Origin: Owenweeksia hongkongensis DSM 17368
Lineage (GTDB): Bacteria; Bacteroidota; Bacteroidia; Flavobacteriales; Schleiferiaceae
Reading direction: 5' to 3'
DNA length: 64,000 bases
Assembly: GCA_945865885.1 (NCBI GenBank)
Contig: CAMBEZ010000004.1
Location: 22,337-86,336, forward strand
This document shows positions 29,524-38,900 of the stretch, piece by piece. The notes beneath the pieces are model-generated. The model saw nothing but the letters and a program-made list of their open reading frames with translations. It searched no databases and was not told the DNA's origin. Position 1 is the first letter of the stretch, and the number at the start of each line of letters is the position of its first letter. Made by a program: the position numbers and the translations under genes.

Positions 29524-30484
29524 TCTTTCCTGCGTCGTACCCCTCTACAACGAGGACGAATCCTTGCCCGAGTTGGTGGCATGGATAGACCGTGTCTGCA
29601 CGGCCCACGGCCTGAACTACGAAATCTTGTTGGTGAACGACGGGTCGTCGGACCGATCCTGGGAGGTCATTCAGGAATTGGCGGACGCACACGCCTCCGT
29701 CAAAGGGCTTTCCTTCCGCCGGAACCAAGGCAAATCCGCGGCACTCCACATGGGCTTTCAAGCCGCGCAAGGGGAGGTAGTCATTACCCTGGACGCTGAT
29801 CTTCAGGATTCTCCGGACGAAATCCCGGCCTTGGTGGACCTGATCCGCAAGGACGGTTACGACGTGGTGTCCGGCTGGAAAAGGAAACGCCACGATCCCT
29901 TGTCCAAAACACTGCCCACCAAGTTGTTCAACTGGGCCACGCGCAAAATGAGCGGCATCGAGCTGAACGACTTCAACTGCGGACTCAAGGCCTACCGCAA
30001 CGAGGTGGTCAAGGCCGTGGAGGTGCAGGGCGAGATGCACCGCTACATCCCCGTACTGGCCAAGAACGCCGGATTTGCCCGCATCGGTGAAAAAGTGGTG
30101 GAGCACCGCGCCCGCAAGTACGGATCCACCAAATTCGGTTTGGAGCGCTTTGTGAACGGCTTCTTGGACTTGCTCACCCTCACCGTGGTCACCAAGTTCA
30201 GCCGACGCCCCATGCACTTTTTTGGCATGGGCGGCGTACTCATGCTGGTGGTAAGCTTTACTGCCTTAGCCTATTTGGGCGTCACTAAGTTGCTTCGCCT
30301 GAAAGCGGGCCTGCGCCCGGGCTTGATTGCGGACGACCCCTGGTTTTACATCTCCCTCACCACCTTGGTATTGGGCACGCTGCTGTTCCTCACCGGACTG
30401 TTGGCGGAACTCATCCTGCGCAGTTCGTCGCGCGGTCCCCGCTACCCCGTGGGCGCTACCGTTCGCTGGCCGGAAAACGACTGA
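29513..30484 (+). CDS. Family 2 glycosyltransferase, polyprenol-phosphate glycosyltransferase type (GtrB/ArnC-like)
   Basis: SCVVPLYNE, LVNDGSSD, TLDADLQDSP, and two C-terminal TM helices. The ATG at 29513 overlaps the upstream stop. Confidence 0.85.
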   Translation: MKLDLSCVVPLYNEDESLPELVAWIDRVCTAHGLNYEILLVNDGSSDRSWEVIQELADAHASVKGLSFRRNQGKSAALHMGFQAAQGEVVITLDADLQDSPDEIPALVDLIRKDGYDVVSGWKRKRHDPLSKTLPTKLFNWATRKMSGIELNDFNCGLKAYRNEVVKAVEVQGEMHRYIPVLAKNAGFARIGEKVVEHRARKYGSTKFGLERFVNGFLDLLTLTVVTKFSRRPMHFFGMGGVLMLVVSFTALAYLGVTKLLRLKAGLRPGLIADDPWFYISLTTLVLGTLLFLTGLLAELILRSSSRGPRYPVGATVRWPEND

Positions 30485-30487
30485 TTC

Positions 30488-31459
30488 GTGCGGTACAGCT
30501 TGATTTCGCCCACCTTCGGGAGGCCGGACGAGGTGGTGGAATTCCTGGAATCCCTGAACCGCCTGAGCTACCCGGTGGACCAAATGGAAGTCATCCTGGC
30601 CGACGGTACCCCGGACGATTCGCTGCGGCCGGCACTGGCCTCCGTTTTGGCCCAGATGAAAATGCCCACCACGGTGTTGTACGAAAAAGGTTTGCCCGTG
30701 AGCGACGCGCGCAACCGCGCGGCCGAAGCCGCGCGCGGCACCTACCTGTTGTTTTTTGACTCCGACTGCCTGATCCCGGAGAACCACTTGAACGCGTTGG
30801 ACGCGGCTTTGGCCGCGCAAGACTGGGACGCCTTTGGCGGCCCCGACGCCGCCGCGCCCACGTTCTCCCCGCTGCAAAAGGCCATCAGCTACGCCATGAC
30901 CTCCGTCTACACCACGGGCGGCATCCGCGGCGGCACCCAAAGCACGGACCGGTTTTACCCCCGCGGCTTCAACATGGGCTTCAAGGCCACCGTTTTTCGC
31001 GCCCTGAACGGCTACGACGAAGGATTTCGCTGCGGGGAAGACATTGAACTGAGCATGCGCGCCGTGGAGGCGGGTTACCGCGTGGGGCTCATTCCGGAAA
31101 TCCCCGTACTGCACAAGCGTCGGGCCACCCTGGGTCAGTTCCACCGACAGGTAACGCGGTTTGGCGCCGCGCGCATTGCCCTGGCGCAGCGCCACCCCGG
31201 GCAACTGAAGGCCACCCACGCCTTTCCCGCGGTGTTCACCCTGAGTTTGCCGATGGCGGCCGTCTTTGCGGCGTTGGGCCAATGGATTCCGGCCGCCGCC
31301 CTCCTGGGCTACCTGCTGCTGATTGCGCTGGACGCGGCCCGGCAAGGCTGGAAAGTGGGGTTGTTGGCTCCGGCAGCGGCCGTGGTCATGCACACGGGCT
31401 ACGGCAAAGGGTTTCTGCGCGCGGGTTGGGAAGCGCTGCGCACGCCCGTTAGAGCCTGA
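30488..31459 (+). CDS. Family 2 glycosyltransferase
   Basis: SLISPTFGRPDEVVEFLESL, FFDSDC, and a C-terminal membrane segment. GTG start. Confidence 0.8.
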   Translation: MRYSLISPTFGRPDEVVEFLESLNRLSYPVDQMEVILADGTPDDSLRPALASVLAQMKMPTTVLYEKGLPVSDARNRAAEAARGTYLLFFDSDCLIPENHLNALDAALAAQDWDAFGGPDAAAPTFSPLQKAISYAMTSVYTTGGIRGGTQSTDRFYPRGFNMGFKATVFRALNGYDEGFRCGEDIELSMRAVEAGYRVGLIPEIPVLHKRRATLGQFHRQVTRFGAARIALAQRHPGQLKATHAFPAVFTLSLPMAAVFAALGQWIPAAALLGYLLLIALDAARQGWKVGLLAPAAAVVMHTGYGKGFLRAGWEALRTPVRA

Positions 31460-31504
31460 TTATACTATTTTTTTGGGGGACGTTGCCCGGATTGGGGCCG
31501 CGCG

Positions 31505-31954
31505 TCAGGCCGGTTGGTATGCCAACAAGGCTTGAAAGCCCAGGGTGTAGCCCAGCCAGCCAAAACCACTGACGGTGCCCACGCATTCGGAGGCCACCAA
31601 TGAACTTTTTCGGAAGGATTCGCGGGCGTAGGTGTGGCTCAGGTGCACCTCCACCAATGGGGAGCCGACGCCGGCCGCTGCATCGCGCATGGCCAAACTA
31701 GTGTGGGTCCAGGCGCCCGGATTGATCAGGCCGCCCACCGCATGGGGATCGTCGGCCATCCGGTGGAGGAACTCCACCGCTTCTTGTTCGGAGGTGGTGG
31801 TGCAGTCCACCAAGGAAACGCCCGGCCAGTGGAGCTCCAACCAGTGCTGCAATTGCAAACGGGCGTCGGGCCACGAGGTGTTGCCGTACAGAACGGGTTC
31901 CCGCTTGCCAACACGAATTAAATTGATGCCTTGGAGGAGGTAGACGTTCCGCAC
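31505..31954 (-). CDS. aroQ: Type II 3-dehydroquinate dehydratase
   Basis: GKREPVLYG, INPGAWTHTSLAMRDA, VEVHLSHTYARESFR. Confidence 0.9.
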   Translation of the reverse strand: MRNVYLLQGINLIRVGKREPVLYGNTSWPDARLQLQHWLELHWPGVSLVDCTTTSEQEAVEFLHRMADDPHAVGGLINPGAWTHTSLAMRDAAAGVGSPLVEVHLSHTYARESFRKSSLVASECVGTVSGFGWLGYTLGFQALLAYQPA

Positions 31955-31983
31955 GGCACAAAGGTAGCCATTACCTTTGAGTC

Positions 31984-32898
31984 GTGGATTGGGCCAGCGG
32001 CATCAAAGGATTTACGGTTTTTCTGCGGCTGGAACGCGGGGCCAGCGCCAACACGGTAGCGGCGTACCGAACAGATTTGCAGTTGCTGGCGCGGGAAGCA
32101 CAGGAGCAGGGCTGGTCTCCTTTGACGGCCACCCCGGAGCACCTGCGGGCGGCCGTGGAGTCCTGTGCGCGCGCCGGCAAAAGCGCAAGAACTCAGGCCC
32201 GCTACCGATCGTCCATGCGGCAATTTTACCGCTACATTCAGCTGGAGGGGCTCCGTACGGACGACCCCACCGAAGGCATTCGCGCCCCGCGCTTGCCCCA
32301 AAAGCTCCCCGTGTACCTCACCACCGAGGAAGTGGACCGCATGGCCGCGGCGATTGACCGCAGTTCGTCCACGGGCGAACGCAATTTGGCCCTCCTGGAA
32401 ACGCTCTTTGGCTCCGGCTTGCGCGTCAGCGAATTGGTGGGGTTGCGCCTGCGGGACGTGCATCCGGACGACGGTTTGCTTCGGGTGTTGGGCAAGGGCA
32501 ATAAGGAACGGCTGGTTCCGCTGACGGACATTGCGGCGCGCGCCATCGACCGGTACGTCCACCAGGTTCGGGTGCACCAACAGCCCTCCAAGGGGTCTGA
32601 AGACCACGTTTTTCTCAACATCCGCGGCGGGAAATTGAGCCGCGTGATGGTGTTTTTGGTGCTGCGGGATTTGGCGGCTAAGGCCGGCATTCGGAAGACG
32701 TTGGGGCCGCACACCCTGCGCCACAGTTTTGCCACGGTGCTGGTTCAAAACGGGGCAGACTTGCGGGCGGTTCAGCTGTTGCTGGGCCACGAAAGCATCA
32801 CCACCACGGAGATTTACGCGCATTTGGAGGACAAACACCTCCGGCAGACGCTGGAAAACTTCCATCCGTGGTCCGCAACGGGGCGTCGAAAAAAGTAA
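31984..32898 (+). CDS. xerD: Site-specific tyrosine recombinase XerD
   Basis: N-terminal SAM-like domain (NTVAAYRTDL), catalytic GLRVSEL, HTLRHSFAT, LLGHESITTTEIYAHL. Divergent from aroQ. Confidence 0.85.
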   Translation: MDWASGIKGFTVFLRLERGASANTVAAYRTDLQLLAREAQEQGWSPLTATPEHLRAAVESCARAGKSARTQARYRSSMRQFYRYIQLEGLRTDDPTEGIRAPRLPQKLPVYLTTEEVDRMAAAIDRSSSTGERNLALLETLFGSGLRVSELVGLRLRDVHPDDGLLRVLGKGNKERLVPLTDIAARAIDRYVHQVRVHQQPSKGSEDHVFLNIRGGKLSRVMVFLVLRDLAAKAGIRKTLGPHTLRHSFATVLVQNGADLRAVQLLLGHESITTTEIYAHLEDKHLRQTLENFHPWSATGRRKK

Positions 32899-32911
32899 AA
32901 CAGATCAGGTC

Positions 32912-33961
32912 CTACAGGGGAGGGGCGGTGGTTTTCTTGCGCACCAAGGCCCGCCACACCAGGCTGCCCCGGTAAACGCCCACGGAGGGCCAGCCGCGCG
33001 GAAAGGGGTCCGGAGCCAGAACGGCGCGGTGCAGCCGTCCGTAAAAGGCAAAGTGCGCACGCACAATGGCCCAAGTATGTTCCGGCTTGCGCTGAAGCAA
33101 AAAGCGGATGCCGGCGAGGCCGTCCAGCACCAAACGGGCCATAACCAAGGGCAAGGCGGTGTGCGGCGGAAGGTTGCGCACGGCCACAAACAAGTTGTTG
33201 CGGAAATTCAAAAAGGTTTTGCGCGGATGGAGGGCATTTAGGGTGCCGCCCCCCACGTGGAGCACGGTGCTGGCGTTGACGCACGCCACTTCCCAGCCCG
33301 CACGGTGCATGCGCCAGCAGAGGTCTATTTCCTCCATGTGCGCAAACAAGGACTCGTCCAGGCGTCCGGCCGCATCAAAGGCGGCCGTGCGCACCACCAA
33401 ACAGGCCCCGGAAGCCCAAAAGACCGGGCGAATGGCCGGTTCGCGGTACTGACCGGAATCCACTTCGCAGGAATCGAACACGCGGCCGAAGGCGTAGGGG
33501 TAGGCCAGGAGGTCCATGCAGCCGCCGGCGGCGCCCGCGTATTCAAAGCGATCCGGCTCCGCGTGGCTCCGCAGCACCGGTTGCGCAGCCCCCAAGCGTG
33601 GGTTGGCGGCAAAGGCGGCCTCCAACGGTGGCCACCACAGGGGCAGGGGCTCAATGTCTGAATTCATCAAGACGGCGAGGTCCAGTTCCGGCCACTGAGC
33701 GCGCAAGTGGCGCAGGGCGGTGTTGTACCCGCCGGCGTACCCGCGGTTTTGGTCCATGTCCAAAAAGTGCACGCGTGGGTGGTGCGCCGCCACGTAGGCC
33801 GCGGAATCGTCGGTGGAACCGTTGTCTGCCACCACGAGGGCCACGGTTTCCGGGGTGGTGGCTTCCACAGCGGCCAGGAACCGCTCCAACCAAGCGCGGC
33901 CGTTCCAGTTCAGTACCACCACGGCGTGGTGCACGGGGTGCTCAACGCCCACCGCTGCCAT
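32912..33961 (-). CDS. Family 2 glycosyltransferase
   Basis: VVVLNWNGRAWLERFL, VADNGSTDDS, VLMNSDIE. ATG at 33961 is preferred over TTG at 33997. Confidence 0.75.
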   Translation of the reverse strand: MAAVGVEHPVHHAVVVLNWNGRAWLERFLAAVEATTPETVALVVADNGSTDDSAAYVAAHHPRVHFLDMDQNRGYAGGYNTALRHLRAQWPELDLAVLMNSDIEPLPLWWPPLEAAFAANPRLGAAQPVLRSHAEPDRFEYAGAAGGCMDLLAYPYAFGRVFDSCEVDSGQYREPAIRPVFWASGACLVVRTAAFDAAGRLDESLFAHMEEIDLCWRMHRAGWEVACVNASTVLHVGGGTLNALHPRKTFLNFRNNLFVAVRNLPPHTALPLVMARLVLDGLAGIRFLLQRKPEHTWAIVRAHFAFYGRLHRAVLAPDPFPRGWPSVGVYRGSLVWRALVRKKTTAPPL

Positions 33962-35426
33962 TGCCCATGATAATGTTGTCGCCAATGCGGGAGCCAAAAT
34001 TCACCCGATTGTTTCGCCCGGTTTCGTCCGGGTCGTTGGTGAAGTAGGAGCGCTTTTGCAGCACAATTTGCCAACGCGGGTTGCTGATTTCGCCCAAGGC
34101 GGTGGAGTGGAGCAGCTCGTAGGCCTTGGTGCCCACGGTCAGGTTGGCAAATACAAAAATGCGGTTGATTTGGTAAGGAGCGTTGGGGCTTTCCAATACG
34201 TTGTACTGCCACATTTCGTAGGGGTAGGCGTCGGTTTCAAACGGACGTTTTTCCGTTAGGGTGGGGGGGCCGTACTGCAGGTAGATGCGGCCGCGGTCCG
34301 TGGCGAAGCCGGGCAAGGCCTGGGTGGCGTATTCGCGTTCCACTTCCACCACGCGGTCCCGGTAGAAGGCAAAGCCCGCTTGGGGTTCCAGGGGTGCCCG
34401 ACGTTCCCAAAAACCTTCGATCCAGGACGCCAGCAGGGTGTCGTTCGTCTGGAGGAGCAGCGCTTCCAACTGCCTTCGCTGGGCTCCGTCGGCAATAGGG
34501 TAGTGGGCGGAGATCCACCACGCTACCCCTTGGGTTCCAAATTCGTTCCACCACAGTGGGTTCCGAACGGTTCCAGCGGCGATCGTGGTGGTGCTGTCCA
34601 CGGGCGCAATGCGGTAAAAGGGGAGGTCTACCGAGCTTCTTTCGGTGCCGTCAGACGCCACAAAGGCCACCCGCGCGCTGTACAGCCCGGTGGGGAGGTT
34701 GTCCATGCCCAACTGCAGGGCCTGAGCCACTAAGTCGCTGTTTTCCGTTTGGCTGAATTTGCGCTGCGTGCTGAATTCCAGCAAGTCGCGCTTGCGTTGG
34801 GTGTCCCGCAAAACCAGCGTCACCAGCCCGCGTTCGCCTTTTTTCCATCCGTAGGATTCCGCGTACACAGAGACTTTCTGGGCGTCTTCGTAGAGGGTGG
34901 GGGTGCCCCAACTCAGCAGCGGAACGGCTTGGTACCCGTACCGACCAAAAGCGCTGCCGGGGGTGCTGGCGCCCAAACTTTGGGCCAAGAAGGCTTGTGC
35001 GGTTCGGTTGGGCACTACCCGAACGGGTCCGCTGATTTCCAGGGGCTTGGACGTGTCGCCGTCGGTCCGGAATTGAAACGACACCCGGTAGTTTCCGGTG
35101 TCTGCGGCAATGCTCAATTTTTGCACGAAGGGTACGGGTTGCCCGGAGGTGGTGGGGGGCACCAGCAGCAGGCGGTCTGCGTACGCCAAACTGTCTGCCC
35201 GTCCGTCCGTACGAAAGAGCAGTACGGTGGCGTCCACCGGCTTTTGCGCCAGGCAGGAGAAGTGAAATTCCACGTAACGACGTTGGTCCGGCAGCTTAAA
35301 GTCGTAGGCCTGCACCGAAACCACGGGCAGTTTTTCCTGTGCCCAAACCTCAGATATTCTGCCGGTTGCTAAAAAAAGCAAGGCCGTGGCAACGCCCGCG
35401 GTGCGTGAAAAAATCGTGTTCTTCAT
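33942..35426 (-). CDS. GWxTD domain-containing protein
   Basis: C-terminal GFATDRGRIYLQYGPP...YPYEMWQY matches the GWxTD-family pattern. Signal peptide follows the ATG at 35426. The ORF's longer 5' extension runs through the tRNA gene and I rejected it. Confidence 0.8.
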   Translation of the reverse strand: MKNTIFSRTAGVATALLFLATGRISEVWAQEKLPVVSVQAYDFKLPDQRRYVEFHFSCLAQKPVDATVLLFRTDGRADSLAYADRLLLVPPTTSGQPVPFVQKLSIAADTGNYRVSFQFRTDGDTSKPLEISGPVRVVPNRTAQAFLAQSLGASTPGSAFGRYGYQAVPLLSWGTPTLYEDAQKVSVYAESYGWKKGERGLVTLVLRDTQRKRDLLEFSTQRKFSQTENSDLVAQALQLGMDNLPTGLYSARVAFVASDGTERSSVDLPFYRIAPVDSTTTIAAGTVRNPLWWNEFGTQGVAWWISAHYPIADGAQRRQLEALLLQTNDTLLASWIEGFWERRAPLEPQAGFAFYRDRVVEVEREYATQALPGFATDRGRIYLQYGPPTLTEKRPFETDAYPYEMWQYNVLESPNAPYQINRIFVFANLTVGTKAYELLHSTALGEISNPRWQIVLQKRSYFTNDPDETGRNNRVNFGSRIGDNIIMGNGSGGR

Positions 35427-35459
35427 TGCATACGAAGATAGCGCGTGTATCTTTGCCCC

Positions 35460-35547
35460 GGAAGAATGGCAGAGTGGTCGATCGCGACGGTCTTGAAAAC
35501 CGTTGACTGTAACAGGTCCGGGGGTTCGAATCCCTCTTCTTCCGCCA
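35460..35547 (+). tRNA. tRNA-Ser (anticodon TGA), with encoded CCA
   Basis: Acceptor GGAAGAA/TTCTTCC. Anticodon stem ACGGT/ACCGT with loop CTTGAAA. Long variable arm. T-loop TTCGAAT, discriminator G, CCA. Closely parallels E. coli tRNA-Ser(UGA). Confidence 0.9.
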
Positions 35548-35589
35548 GCTCCACCGAGCAACTGCGCCCCCATCGGGGCGCTTTTTTTT
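35529..35589 (+). repeat. Direct repeat copy 1 (tRNA-Ser T-loop to 3' end, plus 42 nt of downstream terminator)
   Basis: 61 nt, 59/61 identical to 35723-35783. Confidence 0.9.
35564..35589 (+). terminator. Rho-independent terminator of tRNA-Ser
   Basis: GCGCCCC-CATC-GGGGCGC followed by T8. Confidence 0.7.
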
Positions 35590-35722
35590 AGGCCCCCGGC
35601 GAGCGAACTCGTTCAAGTGAGCTGGGGGCCTAAAAAAGAAGGCGGCGCGCCGGCTGTTGCTCGGTGGAGCTGAAGCCTCCCCACCCGGGGAGCGCGCCCA
35701 AGCGCCAAAGGCGCCGGGGCGC

Positions 35723-35783
35723 AATCCCTATTCTTCCGCCAGCTCCACCGAGCAACTGCGCCCCCATCGGGGCACTTTTTTTT
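35723..35783 (+). repeat. Direct repeat copy 2 (orphan tRNA-Ser 3' fragment plus terminator copy)
   Basis: AATCCCTaTTCTTCCGCCAGCTCCACCGAGCAACTGCGCCCCCATCGGGGCaCTTTTTTTT. Offset 194 nt from copy 1. No intact tRNA 5' half lies upstream. Confidence 0.9.
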
Positions 35784-35967
35784 GGCGCCTTGCCAGAGAA
35801 CGCTTTCCGGTGGGCCGATGGGCTGAGTGGGCGTTGAGTAGGTTCGACGTCCCGCTGCGGCAGACCATTTTGTCAATAACTTGTTAGTTGTGGATTCTAA
35901 TTGGGCTTTTGACCTTCCGTAAAAAATGTTAAATTCGCTCCTTGCACATTTATTTTACTGAACGAAT

Positions 35968-38900
35968 ATGAAAAAAACCCTACTCTCGCTGGTTGCCTCC
36001 ATGTTGGGCACTATGGCCCTAGCACAGGTCACCATTACCACGATGCCAGCCACAACGCCAAACAACGGGTCGTCGGTGATTACCTTCGAAATCAATGCGA
36101 ACCAGCCGATTTTCGTAACGGGCATGACCAATGTTTTCTCTGCTGCGCTAGGAACTTCCGGTCCGGTTGAAATTTGGTACCGATTGGGTGGCGTATTGCC
36201 CGCAGGGCAAACCACTCCGTCGATTACCACAGCCAACGGTTGGGTTTTGTTTAAGTCAGCCACAGCTACTAGCGCCGGAAATGCCGTAGCCGCAACCATC
36301 CCTTTTGGTTCGGATATGTTGGCATTACCAGCAAGCACTCCCATCGGAGTATGTGTGAACGCTACGGGTACGTTATCCACGCGCTACATGTCTTGGGTAA
36401 CCGGCACGCAGTCCACCTTTACGGACGGTAGTGTTTCGGTAAACACCATGCCCAATGGCTTCGGTGGTACGCTGACGGGCTGGATTGCTTCACGTGCATT
36501 TTGCGGATCCATCACCTACATCCCGCAAGCCGCTTGTTCAGGAATTCCCACGCCAGGTTCCGCAACGCCTTCTTCTACGGCGGTTTGTCCCAACCAAAAC
36601 TTCAATTTAACCCTCACAGGCGCGGCCTTGGCGGGTGGCTTAACGTACCAGTGGCAAACGGCCTCAACGTCTGCAGGTCCTTGGACGAACATAGCCGGCG
36701 CCACTGCCGGTGCTGCAACGGTATCGCAAACCGTTGACACATGGTACCGTTGCGAGATCACCTGCACCAACGGTGGTGGGGTGGCGCAATCCCTACCGGT
36801 TCAAGTAACCACTCTTCCCAACTTGGCCGCAGGAACGTACACCGTAGGTCCTACCGGAACGTATCCCAATCTAACGGCTGCATTTGCCGCTGCATCTTGC
36901 GGTGTTGCGGGTCCAGTTGTTTTTAACGTACAGCCTTTCAGTGGACCGTATACCGAACAGATCATTTTGGGTGCGATACCCGGCATGTCCGCCACCAATA
37001 CCATTACCGTAAATGGCAACAACAACACGCTTCAGTTCAAGTCCAACAATACCAACGAGCGCGCGGTATTGAAGTTGAACGGCACGGATTTCTTGACCGT
37101 CAAGAACCTGAACATCCGCGCCATTGGCCAGTTGACGACACAATTTGGTTTTGGGGTGCAGTTGATGAACGGAGCCAACAACAACACGTTTAAGAATTGC
37201 TTTTTTCAAGCAACGGATTCAGTAACCAGTACCAACTACTCCGGTTTTGTATGCTCCAACACGGCAACCTCCGCAACCGGTGGCGGCCTTGCTGCCTCAA
37301 ACCTGTTGGTAGACTCGTGCACCATCATTGGGGGCTACTACGGCATTACGTTGGGCGGAGCGTCCGGAACAAAGGTGGGCTTGCCCTCCAACAACATACT
37401 CCGCAACTCAACCGTTCGCGATTTCTATTTGTACGGGATCTACACCAGCGGTCAATCCAACTTGATTGTACGCAACAACGACGTCAACCGCGCAACGCGT
37501 GCGGGAGCTCAATCCACCTTGTACGGAATTTACATGATCGGTCGTCAGTTGGGAACGCGCATTGAGTCCAACCGCATCCACGATCCCCACGGAACCAATA
37601 CCGCAGGAACCTACAGCCAGTACGCGGTGTATGCCTCTTCCGCCAGTGGTGCCAACGGTCAACCTTTGGTTATTGCGAACAATGCGGTATACAACTTCTT
37701 AACGGTTGGTGGAATCCGCGGTGGATTTTATCTATTCACCATGGACTCCGCACGAATTTTCCACAACACGGTGAATTTCGACAACGCCAACGCTACGGGA
37801 ATATCGGCCGTATACGGATTGTACCACAGCGGTACGCCCAACGACCTCCAGGTCCGAAACAACATTTTCAGCATCTCGGATGCCAGCACTGGGGTTAAGT
37901 ACATGCTCTATTTGGCAACTTCGGGTGCCGGCATCATCTCAAACAACAACATTTTCAATTTCACCAACGCGGGTGGAACCACCAACCACATCGGGTACAG
38001 CAATGCAGCGGCCGTTACTTCGTTGTCTTCTTGGCAGTCCGGCAGCGGTCAGGATGCACTCAGTTTGACGTTGGACCCCCTGTTTATCGGCGCTTCTACC
38101 GGTGATTTAACGCCTCAATCTGCAGGTTCCAACAATGCCGGAGCCAATTTATTGACGGTTGTGCCCACGGACATTCTGGGTACTGCACGTTCGGCTACGC
38201 CGGATCCGGGTGCGTTTGAATACACCCCTGCGGGTTGCCCACCGCCGTTCATGGTGCAAACCAGCAACGTGAGTTCCACGTCGTTGAGTTTGAGCTGGAG
38301 CGGAACGAATTCCGGTTTTGAAGTAGAATACGGACCGGTTGGATTCCTACCCGGTTTGGGAACTACGGTAACCTCAGCAACTACCTCTACACAGCTGACC
38401 GGTTTGACGCCCTACACCCAGTACAGCATTTTTGTTCGGGGTACCTGCGTCAGCCAATCTTTACCACCATCCTTATGGACAGGACCAACTTCGGCCTTAA
38501 CCGCGATTGCACCCAACTGGCTTGAGGATTTTACGAACGGATACGATCCTTTGGCGAATCCCGGCAAGCCGGTAGGCTGGTCTGAGTTGAACGGGTTGTT
38601 GGCCAATCCTACCGTTGTGGTAACCAACACTTCAGCCTGGTTGGAAGACGGTTGGTTGAACTCGGGAACTACAGGTGCTATTCGCAATCAAGTACCCAAC
38701 ACCTCCACCAACACCTTTGGCTACACCATTACCCCAAGCATCAACTTAGGTACCGCTCCCAATAACTACCTGGTTAAGTTTGACATGGCTTTGTTGGCCG
38801 CCAACGGAACCACCTCAGCGGTAATGGGCAACGACGACAGCGTGATGGTATTGATTTCCACCAACAACGGCCAAACGTGGTTGCGCAGCAACGCCCTGGC

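Noticed and set aside
31984-32898. XerD-like tyrosine recombinase as the integrase responsible for the tRNA-Ser att-like repeats or for a mobile element.
   Set aside because: It carries the full XerD signature and sits in the aroQ-xerD divergent arrangement, flanked by housekeeping and envelope genes. It is 2.5 kb from the tRNA with two unrelated genes between. It is most likely the chromosome dimer-resolution enzyme.
35529-35783. Possible CRISPR array or tandem repeat.
   Set aside because: There are only two copies, each 61 nt. They contain tRNA and terminator sequence, and no cas genes are present. I interpreted them as a tRNA-end duplication instead.
35350-35887. ORFs 35350-35724 (-), 35613-35876 (-) and 35657-35887 (+), plus the 5' extension of 33942-35573 through this region.
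   Set aside because: They translate the tRNA-Ser gene (the GIRTPG-type artefact), its terminator and the GC hairpins. The GWxTD gene has a proper ATG and signal peptide at 35426.
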